Shown here piece by piece: positions 26,635-36,171 of a stretch of 40,000 bases of DNA. This DNA is from an uncultured Eubacteriaceae bacterium (GTDB lineage: Bacteria > Bacillota > Clostridia > Eubacteriales > Eubacteriaceae). The position numbers were made by a program, and so were the translations under genes. The notes beneath the pieces were generated by a model that had not been told where the DNA came from, ran no database searches, and was given only the letters and a program-made list of their open reading frames with translations. Within the stretch, counting starts at the first letter, position 1. Every line of letters begins with the position of its first letter. The DNA lies in assembly GCA_945867155.1 (NCBI GenBank), contig CAMBHL010000003.1:160099-200098 (forward strand). The letters are read 5' to 3'.

Positions 26635-27882
26635 ATGGACTACAAAAACTTAACGCCGGAAAGCGCTGCAGCTTACATCAAAAACGAAACCGATCTGTTT
26701 CCGGAAGACGCGGACTTAGACGTCTACGAAATCGGCAGCGGCGGCAACAACGCCAACGACGGCGACGGTTTTATCAACTTTGTCTTCCGCATTACGGGCA
26801 CCAAAACCCATCACTCCGTCATCCTCAAGCAGGCTCGAGACTACGCCCGAACCTTTAAAGGAGACACCCCTTTTATTCCCGAACGCAACGCGACTGAAGC
26901 GAAGCTCATGGCCATCAAATCGGCTATTACCCCGGATTACATCCCAGAAATCTACCGCGTCGACGAAACCAACCACCTTTATATCTGCGAAGACTGCGGC
27001 AATCTCAAGATCTGGCGTTTCGCCCTCGACGCCGGCAAAATTTATCCGAAAATTCCGAAGATGGTCGGCGAACTCGTGGCCAAAAACAATTTTTACACCT
27101 CAGAGCTCTATTTAGAGCCCGAAGTGCACCAGAAGCTCGAAGCCACGTTCAACAACGCGACCATGCGCAACCTTTTCGAAAATATTTTATTCCTGCACAT
27201 TATCACCACACCTGAGGAAAAAGATCCGGTTCGCCTCGAAATGGCCAATGTTATCTGGCAGGACCACGCATTCCGCACGGAAATGCTCAAGCTCCGCCAT
27301 ATCTACATGGCCAAATCGGAATGCCTGATCCATTCGGATCTGCACACATCCAACATCATGGTCGACGCCGACCACATGAAGACCATCGACATGGAATACG
27401 CCTTCATGGGACCGTGCTCCGCCGATTCCGGCTACCTCATCGGCAATTTCCTCTATCAGTACCTCCGCTGGTTCTACTGCCCAGCCACTGAAGACAGCAC
27501 GCCGGAAGAAATGCGGGCCTACGCCCTCGACTGCATCCGGGATTTCTTAAACACGTATTTCGACGTCTTCAAGGCCTGCTGGGCCAAAGACGTTCGGAAA
27601 ATTTACCAGGGCTTTGACGATTACCGGGATTATCTTCTCGACCGTTACTTCCACGAAACCGTCGGCTTTATCGGCTGCCAAATCATGAGCCGCATCGGCC
27701 GGGACACCGCGACCCCGGACATCGACACCATCCCGGACAAAAACGACCAGTACGAAGCCTGCCGAATTCTGTTGCTCATCGCCCAGTACCTGGTACTCCA
27801 CCGGGAAGAAATCACCGATACCGACGATCTGATCAAGACGGTCGTTGAACTCACTGAAACGTCAAGGAAAGCGCTGCATTAG
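26635..27882 (+). CDS. mtnK: S-methyl-5-thioribose kinase-like phosphotransferase
   Basis: 415 aa from MDYKNLTPESAAAYIKNE with a GGAGG-type RBS; YEIGSGGNNANDGDGFINFVFRI, SVILKQARDYAR, LIHSDLHTSNIMVDADHMKTIDMEYAFMGPCSADSGYLIGN. Confidence 0.85.
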   Translation: MDYKNLTPESAAAYIKNETDLFPEDADLDVYEIGSGGNNANDGDGFINFVFRITGTKTHHSVILKQARDYARTFKGDTPFIPERNATEAKLMAIKSAITPDYIPEIYRVDETNHLYICEDCGNLKIWRFALDAGKIYPKIPKMVGELVAKNNFYTSELYLEPEVHQKLEATFNNATMRNLFENILFLHIITTPEEKDPVRLEMANVIWQDHAFRTEMLKLRHIYMAKSECLIHSDLHTSNIMVDADHMKTIDMEYAFMGPCSADSGYLIGNFLYQYLRWFYCPATEDSTPEEMRAYALDCIRDFLNTYFDVFKACWAKDVRKIYQGFDDYRDYLLDRYFHETVGFIGCQIMSRIGRDTATPDIDTIPDKNDQYEACRILLLIAQYLVLHREEITDTDDLIKTVVELTETSRKALH

Positions 27883-27903
27883 GCGAAATAATTTCTAGAA
27901 ATG

Positions 27904-27939
27904 CAAGAGCCGCTGTGATTGTTATCACAGCGGCTCTTG
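27904..27939. terminator. Strong intergenic hairpin, possible bidirectional terminator
   Basis: CAAGAGCCGCTGTGAT-tgtt-ATCACAGCGGCTCTTG, 16 bp perfect stem between convergent genes; the flanking T-tracts are poor. Confidence 0.7.
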
Positions 27940-29027
27940 TTATGCCCTTTGCTTATCTTTTTTGATAAGTGGATACTGACGGTACATGAAAAACGACCGA
28001 ATCACTGGAATATGCGGGATCACTGCAATAGCTATAACTGCCAGAACGACGCGGCAAAGAATTAAACCTGTAGTATAAAACTTCATGCTGCTGATTTTAA
28101 GTGCTCCGCAAAGCTTGTCCATAACGCGAAACGTCTTTAATGTATTTAAGTCAAGAATATGGGTGCACAAAACAATGAGTGAGAGTTCTCCTAATTTTGA
28201 GAACCATTTTGTAAATTCTTTAAAACATTTTTCAAGCCAAAGGCTCACATAGCAAATCGCATAGCACCCGGCCACACTGCCAATAACCGCAATCGCTGGA
28301 TTGTCTGCTGTCGCCGTATTCAGCCAAAACGTACTGATTCTAGCAGAAAGCCCCCAGACGATAAGGGCAAAAGCAACGTGAAACCACTTTCCTTTTTGAA
28401 TCAATTTATGGCGGTGCATCCATTCGCCAGTCCAGTAAAAAAACATGCTGACCAAGGCGGCTGGGATGGACCAGGGCAAATACAGATTAAATTTTTCGGT
28501 TAAGACAAACCCTAGAGCGCAAAAACCTGCAAAAAGCACCGTACAAGCCAAATCTGAAAAATGGTACCGATCTGTTAAATTCCTCAATCCCGTGTACAGT
28601 AAGTTCGCCACAAACATACACGGCAGAAACCAAATGGCGCCTATCGCCATAATATTCACCTGTGTCTTCCCGATAACCGTTGTTGCTGTACCAATACCGT
28701 AACAAGCCGCGATTACGCCTTGACGAAAGGTTGGAAAATAAGGCTGCAAAAATGATTCGGTCTTTTTACCGCAATCATCGAAAAGATGATCATCAAAACA
28801 CTGGTAATGATGTAGGGCAGTAAAAGATTATCAAACCCACCTGAAATGACTTTTTGGATCGGTTTCTGCCGGTGCAGATAGCCTGACAAAAAGAAAAAAA
28901 TTGAAACATTTACGATATAAATTGCATAAAAAATTGTTCGTCCGAAAGTCACGTCAATGGTATGACCCGTGATGATCAATAAAATGCCTATAACTCTGGC
29001 ATCGTCAATCCATTTTACCCGCTCCAT
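27940..29027 (-). pseudogene. Acyltransferase 3 family membrane protein disrupted by a frameshift (ORFs 28713..29096 and 27940..28749)
   Basis: Upstream ORF holds the N-terminal family signature (MERVKWIDDARVIGILLIITGHTID...IFFFLSGYLHRQKPIQKVISGGFDNLLLPY), ending FCSLIFQPFVKA*. The downstream ORF continues in the -1 frame (QPYFPTFRQGVIAACYGIGTATT...GAIWFLPCMF). The shift lies around 28713-28790. Confidence 0.7.
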
Positions 29028-29054
29028 AAACATCCTTTCACTGGAATTTCCGCA

Positions 29055-29093
29055 AAAAGCCCTCTTGCAAACAATTTGCAAAAGGGCTTTTTT
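29055..29093 (-). terminator. Rho-independent terminator downstream of GH25 gene
   Basis: AAAAGCCCT-C-TTGCAA-ACAAT-TTGCAA-A-AGGGCTTTT; on the minus strand the stem ends in TTTT directly followed by one more T. Confidence 0.8.
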
Positions 29094-29119
29094 CATTTGA
29101 TACTTAATTTATTTTTTAG

Positions 29120-31771
29120 TTAAAAATTCGAATACGTTTTATTCATATCAATACCGCCGGAAAGTCCAGGCACGCTTCCGGTGTCGCTGTACTGCCAGAT
29201 ATCGATGTGATTGTTATAGGATGGTTTCGAAGAGCTGTTCCAGAAATACGGATACTGCGCGTACCAGATCTTGTAGTTTTTAATCATGCTGTAATCCAGA
29301 TGATTGTTTAGCCAGTTCTGATTGGCGTAGATCATCGGCGTATAACCAGCTTTTTTCACTTCTTCGCAGAAAGCGATGGCATTCTTCGACTGCTGGGTTT
29401 TGCTCAGATACGCAATCTTGCTGTCTTCCAAGTCGATGCAGATCGGCATTTTAAGGCTCCGGCCGTTAAGCAGGCTGATCGCATAATCCGCTTCCTGGCG
29501 GGCTTCGTTTTCATCATCCGCGTAGCTGTAGACGTAAACGCCAAAAGGCATGCCTGCGGCTGTCGCATTGGTGTAGTTATTGTTGAACTGCTTGTCCATC
29601 GCGCCGTTGCCCGCATGGCCCCAGGCGATGCGCAGCATCGCAAAGGAGTAGCCCGCGTTTTTCGCTTTGCGCCAGTTGTCAGCACTGATGTAGCCCTGCC
29701 ATTCGGAAACGTCGACCCCTAAACCGTTGGTCTTGACTACACTATTGTTAATTTTGATATACGCGTTACTTGTATCCCCTGGCGCCGATGCGTTTTTAGG
29801 CAAGACACAAACCTGAACGGCTTCCACGCGAAGACCACCATTGGAAGTTCCAGCCCAGTCTCCATCCTTCGCCCAACCGAGCCAACCGTAATTCTGAACG
29901 TGGACACGGTACCAGACACTCATGGATGAAGCAGCCGAACCGTTAAGCTTCAACTGAACCGCTTCCAAACGTTTATTTTCTCCTGTAGTTCCGGAAAATT
30001 TATCTGTATCTTTACTACTGATCCAATCTTGAGAGCTTCCAATATCCTGAATATATGAATGATAAGAAATATTAGAATCTCCTAAAACCTGATCTGAGAA
30101 TTTCACCTGAAGAGCTTCAACTCTCAGAGCCTGTCCTGTTGTACCAGAAGTCTGTCCTGCGGATGTCCAATCCATCCAGCCTTTATTCTGAACGTGGGTT
30201 CTGTATGACACCGTATAAGCTTTGGTCAAATTGTCTTGGGTAAGTTCTGCTGTTGAGATACTTCCGAGGGCATTTGGTGCCGCATCGCCTTTGGGCACCA
30301 GTTTAATAGCGATGGCTTCAGCTCTTAAACCGAGGCCTTCTGACCCAGCCGACTCGCCGTTTTTCGCCCAGCCAAGCCAGCCGTAGTTCTGAACATGAAC
30401 GGCATAATAGATATCATATTGTTCGCTGAGGGAATCATTCAATTTAATTTGAACCGCTTCAAGGCGTCTAGCTTGCCCCGTTGTGCCGGCAGTCTGGTTA
30501 TTGTTGACCCAGTTTTGCCAGCCTGTACCTTGAAGATGAGCACGATACGTAATACTTGTAGCTGTATTATTTAAATTGTCCGCCGTGAAATTAATTTTTA
30601 AAGCTTCAAGACGAAGGGATTTTCCCGTTTCGCCGGCCACAGCCCCGTCCTGAACCGTTTTCGTCCAGCCGGTATTCTGCTGATGGACACTGTATTGAAC
30701 GTGGGGATTCGAAACGTCCGACGCCGTATAAACGTGTTTGAATGCACTGCCCAAAGGCTGAGGTGCTGTCGCCCCTTTGTTCACGATGATGACTTCGACC
30801 CCTTCGATCCGTTTTGAAAGGCCGACAGAACCACAGGTTTCCCCGTTTTTCGCCCAATTGACCCAGCCGTAATCCTGGACATAGGCGCAGTAGTAAATAT
30901 CGTATTTACTGGCGTCTGTTCCTGTCAAGTTAATTTTAAAGGCTTCAAGCCGCAGGCTCTGACCGATCGTCCCAGCGAGTTCTCCATTGCTTTTAGCGCT
31001 TTGCCAGCCGATATTTTGAACATGAGCGGAATACGAGACACCGAGGGTCGACGTATCCTGACCTGTTTTAATCGAAAGGCCTTCCAGCCGCAGGTCCTGA
31101 CCGATGGTGCCGGCCACCTGACCGCCGCTTACCGCATTGAGGGTGCCTTTATTTTGAACATGAGCCTGCACTTTTAATGACGTATTTACGTCACTGCTGT
31201 AATTTTGAGGTGTTCCGATACTGATGGTAAATTTCTGCCCTGCCGTATTATTCTGCTGGTACAGCTGGACATTGGTGCCATCCGTCGTGATATTGCCGCC
31301 GGCTACATCCATAACCTTTGTACTCGAGCAGGCTGGCTGCAGGGTGTAGGTTCCGTCCGATTCCAAATTTAGCGTCCATTTTTGGGCATCCGAATCATTT
31401 TCGTCGTACACTTGAATATTGGTGCCGTTTTTGTCGCTGGCGCCATTGACGTCCAGTGCTTTCTGTGCCCCCTTGTTTAATATTTTGTACTGGCCGTTTC
31501 CGATTGGAATAAATTCCCAGTATTGATCCTGACTATACTGATTTTTTTCAAGAATAATCACGTTGTTAACATTTCTTGAAACTGCCTTGTCTCCCACCAA
31601 AATCTGAGCCGTAAAACTATCCTGAGGCAAATCTGCCGCTTTCACTGTTCCTGTTGCAAACAGCATTGCAAACAAGAAAATGCTCAAAAAAGAAAAAAGA
31701 CCTATTATCGAACTGTACGCTATGCGTTTTATTCCGCTCATGTAACCATCCTTTCGAAAAAAATCATTCAC
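29120..31771 (-). CDS. Secreted GH25 muramidase (lysozyme) with N-terminal ricin-type lectin domain and nine ChW-like repeats
   Basis: 883 aa; signal peptide GLFSFLSIFLFAMLFATGTVKA; ricin-like QYWEFIPIGNGQYKILNKGAQKALDVNG...; nine GxxGxxxRLEAxxI (ChW) repeats; C-terminal GVDVSEWQGYISADNWRKAKNAGYSFAMLRIAWG and PICIDLEDS (GH25). Confidence 0.92.
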   Translation of the reverse strand: MNDFFRKDGYMSGIKRIAYSSIIGLFSFLSIFLFAMLFATGTVKAADLPQDSFTAQILVGDKAVSRNVNNVIILEKNQYSQDQYWEFIPIGNGQYKILNKGAQKALDVNGASDKNGTNIQVYDENDSDAQKWTLNLESDGTYTLQPACSSTKVMDVAGGNITTDGTNVQLYQQNNTAGQKFTISIGTPQNYSSDVNTSLKVQAHVQNKGTLNAVSGGQVAGTIGQDLRLEGLSIKTGQDTSTLGVSYSAHVQNIGWQSAKSNGELAGTIGQSLRLEAFKINLTGTDASKYDIYYCAYVQDYGWVNWAKNGETCGSVGLSKRIEGVEVIIVNKGATAPQPLGSAFKHVYTASDVSNPHVQYSVHQQNTGWTKTVQDGAVAGETGKSLRLEALKINFTADNLNNTATSITYRAHLQGTGWQNWVNNNQTAGTTGQARRLEAVQIKLNDSLSEQYDIYYAVHVQNYGWLGWAKNGESAGSEGLGLRAEAIAIKLVPKGDAAPNALGSISTAELTQDNLTKAYTVSYRTHVQNKGWMDWTSAGQTSGTTGQALRVEALQVKFSDQVLGDSNISYHSYIQDIGSSQDWISSKDTDKFSGTTGENKRLEAVQLKLNGSAASSMSVWYRVHVQNYGWLGWAKDGDWAGTSNGGLRVEAVQVCVLPKNASAPGDTSNAYIKINNSVVKTNGLGVDVSEWQGYISADNWRKAKNAGYSFAMLRIAWGHAGNGAMDKQFNNNYTNATAAGMPFGVYVYSYADDENEARQEADYAISLLNGRSLKMPICIDLEDSKIAYLSKTQQSKNAIAFCEEVKKAGYTPMIYANQNWLNNHLDYSMIKNYKIWYAQYPYFWNSSSKPSYNNHIDIWQYSDTGSVPGLSGGIDMNKTYSNF
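29871..31199 (-). repeat. Imperfect tandem repeats encoding ChW modules, with a triad super-repeat of about 490 bp
   Basis: The TTCGCCCA...CCAACCGTAATTCTGAAC-like element recurs at about 29871, 30363 and 30849 (spacings 492 and 486 bp); nine protein repeats in three groups of three. Confidence 0.75.
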
Positions 31772-31889
31772 TTTTAATTATAACGAAAATTTTAGGATAG
31801 TAAAGCTCCTTTCCAATTTCTTAAACCTTTTTATTCTTGAAATATAAAGTGAGCATGTGTAAAATAAAAACATTATCAAGGAGTTATTT

Positions 31890-32324
31890 ATGAAAAAGAA
31901 TATTAAAACCCTTTATTTAAACCATAAAGAAATTGTCAATTACCTGATCGTCGGCGTTCTTACGACTCTTATCAGCCTGGCCGTTTATTATTTTTGTGTT
32001 TCCACTTTCTTGAATCCCAGAAATGCCTTTCAGCTTCAGGCAGCCAACGTCATCTCCTGGATTATTTCTGTTCTTTTTGCTTACTTCACCAATCGTAAGT
32101 ACGTTTTTGAAAGCAAAAATCCCCATATCCTCAAAGAAGCCTCTGCCTTTTTCTTAGCCAGAGTCAGCACACTTCTGATGGATATGGGAATCATGTTTTT
32201 ATGTGTAACTTTAATGGGCATGAACGATAAAATTGCCAAGCTCATTTCTCAAGTCGTCGTTATCGTAAGCAATTATGTTTTCAGTAAATTGTTCGTCTTT
32301 AAAAAAGGACAGACAAAACATTAA
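31890..32324 (+). CDS. GtrA family protein
   Basis: 144 aa; IVNYLIVGVLTTLISLAVYYFCVS, WIISVLFAYFTNRKYVFES, KLISQVVVIVSNYVFSKLFVFKK. Confidence 0.93.
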   Translation: MKKNIKTLYLNHKEIVNYLIVGVLTTLISLAVYYFCVSTFLNPRNAFQLQAANVISWIISVLFAYFTNRKYVFESKNPHILKEASAFFLARVSTLLMDMGIMFLCVTLMGMNDKIAKLISQVVVIVSNYVFSKLFVFKKGQTKH

Positions 32325-32357
32325 TAAATTCTTCCTTATTATTTTTTTTACTAATTT

Positions 32358-33419
32358 TTAAAATAAATCAAAGGATCTTTGTTGGTCTGGTTTTTTAATT
32401 CGAAAAATACGGCATAATACTCTTGACTGCAAAGACAAAACGGTTCCTGATGTAGCCCAAACAATTTTTAAAAATACAACAAAATAATTTTGAACTCTTG
32501 TTTTGAATATAGGCGTATATTTAACTACTTTCCACCACACCGGCCAGATATAGCATTGTTCAAGCGAATGAAAACACAAAAAAACCAGCGAATAGCGTCC
32601 GAAAAAATCCAACAATGCTGAAAATGGATTCCTTATATGCCGTGCACAATGTGTCGCAATATAAATAATTAAATAACTTCCAGCACAACTTCCTATTATT
32701 GTAGGAAGAAGATCAGCATAGAAAGTCCCACCCATATCAAGTGTCATAACAAAAAGTGTATTTTTCCTTGAAAGGAACCAGATAAATAATGCCAGCACTG
32801 CTTTTTGCCAATTCATTTCGTCCAGCCAATGATGCTTTTTGCACAAAAAACCAATATGAAGAAATAAAGTTGCACATAAAGCAGGTTGCAAACTGAGCGG
32901 AAAAACACCCAGATGGTGATGTGACCAAATACCAAAACAAAAGGCAGCAAGAACGAAGGAAGTGGTAAACGCTTCTTTTTGACTAAATAATAAATAAAAC
33001 AGCTCCGAAAAGAAAAGCGCGAGCAAAAACCATAGCGGTCCAACCCCCACCATTTTATTAATGTCTTGAGAATACCCCAGCATGATCCGTATGAAACTAT
33101 CTCTCAAAGACAAAGATACTGGGTAACTCCGATAATAAATCTGTTTGATGAGCATCATAAGAGCTAATAAAATAGAAGTAAACCAATAAGGAATAATTAA
33201 AGATTTAATTCTCTTTTTGATAAAATCATCAATTTTTCTCTTTTTAAAAAAATATCCACTAATCATAAAAAATAATGGCATATGGAAACTGTAAATGATT
33301 GGCTGCAGATGTTTCATTTCACCGACATGTCCAATCACAACCAGCAAAATTCCGATTCCCTTTGCAATATCTAAACGAATATCTCTTTGTTTACTCTGTC
33401 TTATTTTAGTTAATTCCAT
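32358..33419 (-). CDS. Acyltransferase family membrane protein (OafA/WecH-like)
   Basis: 353 aa; RDIRLDIAKGIGILLVVIGHVG...IIYSFHMPLFFMISGYFFKKRKIDDFIKKRIKSLIIPYW. Confidence 0.88.
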   Translation of the reverse strand: MELTKIRQSKQRDIRLDIAKGIGILLVVIGHVGEMKHLQPIIYSFHMPLFFMISGYFFKKRKIDDFIKKRIKSLIIPYWFTSILLALMMLIKQIYYRSYPVSLSLRDSFIRIMLGYSQDINKMVGVGPLWFLLALFFSELFYLLFSQKEAFTTSFVLAAFCFGIWSHHHLGVFPLSLQPALCATLFLHIGFLCKKHHWLDEMNWQKAVLALFIWFLSRKNTLFVMTLDMGGTFYADLLPTIIGSCAGSYLIIYIATHCARHIRNPFSALLDFFGRYSLVFLCFHSLEQCYIWPVWWKVVKYTPIFKTRVQNYFVVFLKIVWATSGTVLSLQSRVLCRIFRIKKPDQQRSFDLF

Positions 33420-34563
33420 TTCTTTTTAACGCCTTTTGATAAAACGCCTCTAACTGCTTAATATTAAATTTCATATCATAACCATTTTCCTGAATAGCTT
33501 CAATCGGCGTCCTACGGTCATTTTTATCTTTCATCATAGTAACTGCTGCATTTACCCAATGATCGAGATCATTTTCCTCTATGCCCAGGAATTGAACATT
33601 TCCAGAAATATCTGCCTGACGGCTGACTTGATCCGAAACCAAACACTTCAAACCCGCCGCCTGTGCCTCAATCAAAGAAACAGGCAGGCCTTCAAAATGA
33701 GAAGGCATAAAAAAGACATCCATCGCCTGCAGAAGCTGAGGCACATCGGAACGCTTGCCTAAAAACAGCACACTGTCTTCCAATTTTAACTGACGCACCA
33801 ACTCCTGCATTTTTTCAAAATATTCCCCAATGCCAATGAGCATTAATTTGGTGTTGGCATTTTTTTGGTGCAGACGTTCAAAAGCATGAATGAGAAAGAC
33901 GTGATTTTTCTGATAGTCAAACCGTCCCACATGTCCCACGACGAATTGATCTTCAAGATGATATTCAGTCCTTAGCTTTTGCCGCACCTCCGGATTATAC
34001 TGATATTTTTCAACATCGATAGCATTTTTGAAAGTAAAATATTCCGGCGTACGGCACAGCTTTTTGCCGAAGAGCCATTCTCCCGCTTCTTCAGAACACC
34101 CGATATAATGGGTCGCCACGCGACGAATCTGCTTTCTTTCTTTTTCTAAATAAAGATAATGCAATAAATCTTTAAGGCCATGAATTTCCAGCTGATGCCA
34201 GGTATTGTGGCTGTGAGCCACCCGAACCGGCACGCCGTACTTTTTGGCAATCTTTAAGACCTCAGCTCCCAAAGCATTCATATGCGTATGGACAATATCG
34301 TAATGATGAGACTTAAAAAAAACTTCCAGTGATTTTCTACTCTGAAACAATCCACTTTTAAGTGGTGTATAATAATAAATACTCGCTCCCTTTTTTCTTA
34401 AATATCTTGAAGCTTCTGTTTTATCTTCATTTTGTGTATCATGCATAAGTAAAAAATCAATATGAAACCTTTCCTGATCAATATTGTCAAAAATATTAAG
34501 CATAACACTTTCTGTCCCACCTTTTATTAATAGCTGATTAAATACAAATAATATTTTGACCAT
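33406..34563 (-). CDS. Glycosyltransferase family 4-like (GT4)
   Basis: 385 aa; KILFVFNQLLIKGGTESVMLNI, FVVGHVGRFDYQKNHVFLIHAF, MDVFFMPSHFEGLPVSLIEAQAAGLKCLVSD. Confidence 0.9.
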   Translation of the reverse strand: MVKILFVFNQLLIKGGTESVMLNIFDNIDQERFHIDFLLMHDTQNEDKTEASRYLRKKGASIYYYTPLKSGLFQSRKSLEVFFKSHHYDIVHTHMNALGAEVLKIAKKYGVPVRVAHSHNTWHQLEIHGLKDLLHYLYLEKERKQIRRVATHYIGCSEEAGEWLFGKKLCRTPEYFTFKNAIDVEKYQYNPEVRQKLRTEYHLEDQFVVGHVGRFDYQKNHVFLIHAFERLHQKNANTKLMLIGIGEYFEKMQELVRQLKLEDSVLFLGKRSDVPQLLQAMDVFFMPSHFEGLPVSLIEAQAAGLKCLVSDQVSRQADISGNVQFLGIEENDLDHWVNAAVTMMKDKNDRRTPIEAIQENGYDMKFNIKQLEAFYQKALKRNGIN

Positions 34564-34605
34564 ATTGCTCCTTTTTCATAATTAAGAAGATGATAATTAA
34601 CAATC

Positions 34606-35514
34606 TTAGATAACCATTATTCGATCTTTTAAAGCTTTCAATAATTCTGGATCTCTCACAAAATCAAACTTTCTTGCAAATAAACATCCACTTTTCATCA
34701 ACATAGGAACATCTTCGATAGTGTAAATATAAGGATATCCCCTCGTCCAATCAATCGCACGGCAAACATCAAAATAAGTATCCTGAATATAGGGATGTTT
34801 CTCACTGCGATTAGCCACATAGCGTTTAAAACAATCTACGCTATTCAAAAAAACCGTCTGTAGAAAGATTTCATCAACACAAAATCCATCTTTAAAATAT
34901 TTTTTAATAAATGTTCTTTGAGATAAAACATATCGTGCAAAAGTATCGGTGATATCAAACCATTGGGAGCCAATTCCATATTGTATTTTGCCGTCTATGC
35001 GGCTAACACCGGCAATTTTTTGAAAAACTATGCCTAGTTTTCTCACGATTCTACCCAAAAAATTATCACGGCCCATTTTATTTTGAAAGGGATAGTAATA
35101 TTTCACCCGATTAGTAATCAAATCAGGATTGTTGTCAATACTAATGAATTCTTCTCCGGCATGTTGATCATAGAAAGACAAAATTTCGTCAATCGGTTTT
35201 AATGGAAAATCCTGGCCACTTAAAAAATGATAATATTCGTAATGACCTTTACTCGTAGCCGCTTCAATCAAAATGAGTTCAGCACAAATTAATGTGTCTC
35301 CGCCCCAAGAAGCGGAAATACGTTCAGTAAAGAACAAATTTCCTTTACTGATATAATTTTTTAAGCATAAAAATTCTTCTTCGCATTTTTTATCAATTAA
35401 CACAAAAAAATCACATCTAGGATGGTCCAATGCAAAAAGCATTTCGCCAACCTGATGCATATTTTTATGGGCTAAAATCAAAAAAGCATGCTTTTTTTCT
35501 ATTTGATCACTCAT
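34606..35514 (-). CDS. Core-2/I-branching enzyme-type beta-1,6-N-acetylglucosaminyltransferase-like (GT14)
   Basis: 302 aa; HAFLILAHKNMHQVGEMLFALDHPRCDFFVLIDKK, YHFLSGQDFPLKP, GSQWFDITDTFARYVL, VDEIFLQTV. Confidence 0.82.
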   Translation of the reverse strand: MSDQIEKKHAFLILAHKNMHQVGEMLFALDHPRCDFFVLIDKKCEEEFLCLKNYISKGNLFFTERISASWGGDTLICAELILIEAATSKGHYEYYHFLSGQDFPLKPIDEILSFYDQHAGEEFISIDNNPDLITNRVKYYYPFQNKMGRDNFLGRIVRKLGIVFQKIAGVSRIDGKIQYGIGSQWFDITDTFARYVLSQRTFIKKYFKDGFCVDEIFLQTVFLNSVDCFKRYVANRSEKHPYIQDTYFDVCRAIDWTRGYPYIYTIEDVPMLMKSGCLFARKFDFVRDPELLKALKDRIMVI

Positions 35515-35541
35515 AATTTATTTTTATAGAATTTTTATCCA

Positions 35542-36150
35542 TTAAAACTTAAACGTATCCTTGATCCCCATCCATTTCTGGTCTTTGTCGGACAAATTGA
35601 GAGGTGTGCCGTCGCTCAAGATGTAACCGTCTGCGCTGCAGCTACCCTGGTATTCGCCGACCACCTGGGGCCATTCGATGCCGATTTCCGGATCGTTCCA
35701 AGCCATGCCGCCTTCATCGTTGGGATGCCAGAAATCATTAACTTTGTAGCAGAATTCTGCGACATCTGACAGCACAAGGAAACCATGGGCGAAGCCTTCG
35801 GGAATCAAGAACTGCTTTTTATTTTCTTCGGTCAGTTCAACCCCATACCATTTGCCGTAAGTCTTCGAATCTGCACGCAGATCGACGGCCACGTCAAAAA
35901 CGTCGCCGCGAATGGCGCGCACCAGTTTGCACTGAGGGTAATGTTTTTGAAAATGCAGTCCCCGGAGCACGCCCTTGGTTGACATCGACTGGTTGTCCTG
36001 CACAAAGTCGATATCAAATCCGGCTTCTTTCATGTCATTCTGATTGTAAGTTTCCATAAAATAACCCCGTTCATCGCCGTGAACGGCGGGTTCTATAATG
36101 CACAGGCCTTCAATGCCGCCGACGTTTTTTTCAACTTTAATCTGTCCCAT
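35542..36150 (-). CDS. rfbC: dTDP-4-dehydrorhamnose 3,5-epimerase
   Basis: 202 aa; IEPAVHGDERGYFMETYN, FVQDNQSMSTKGVLRGLHFQK, VRAIRGDVFDVAVDLR, IPEGFAHGFLVLSD. Confidence 0.95.
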   Translation of the reverse strand: MGQIKVEKNVGGIEGLCIIEPAVHGDERGYFMETYNQNDMKEAGFDIDFVQDNQSMSTKGVLRGLHFQKHYPQCKLVRAIRGDVFDVAVDLRADSKTYGKWYGVELTEENKKQFLIPEGFAHGFLVLSDVAEFCYKVNDFWHPNDEGGMAWNDPEIGIEWPQVVGEYQGSCSADGYILSDGTPLNLSDKDQKWMGIKDTFKF

Positions 36151-36171
36151 TTTGCGCTCCTTTTTCTATTT

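Noticed and set aside
27904-27939. Long perfect hairpin considered as a CRISPR-like or REP mobile repeat
   Set aside because: I saw only one copy in the window and it lies between convergent genes, so terminator function is more economical.
28713-28749. Programmed -1 ribosomal frameshift in the split acyltransferase
   Set aside because: Neither GTA AAA AGA nor CAT TTT TGC forms an in-frame X XXY YYZ slippery heptamer, and no strong downstream structure was evident; an indel is more likely.
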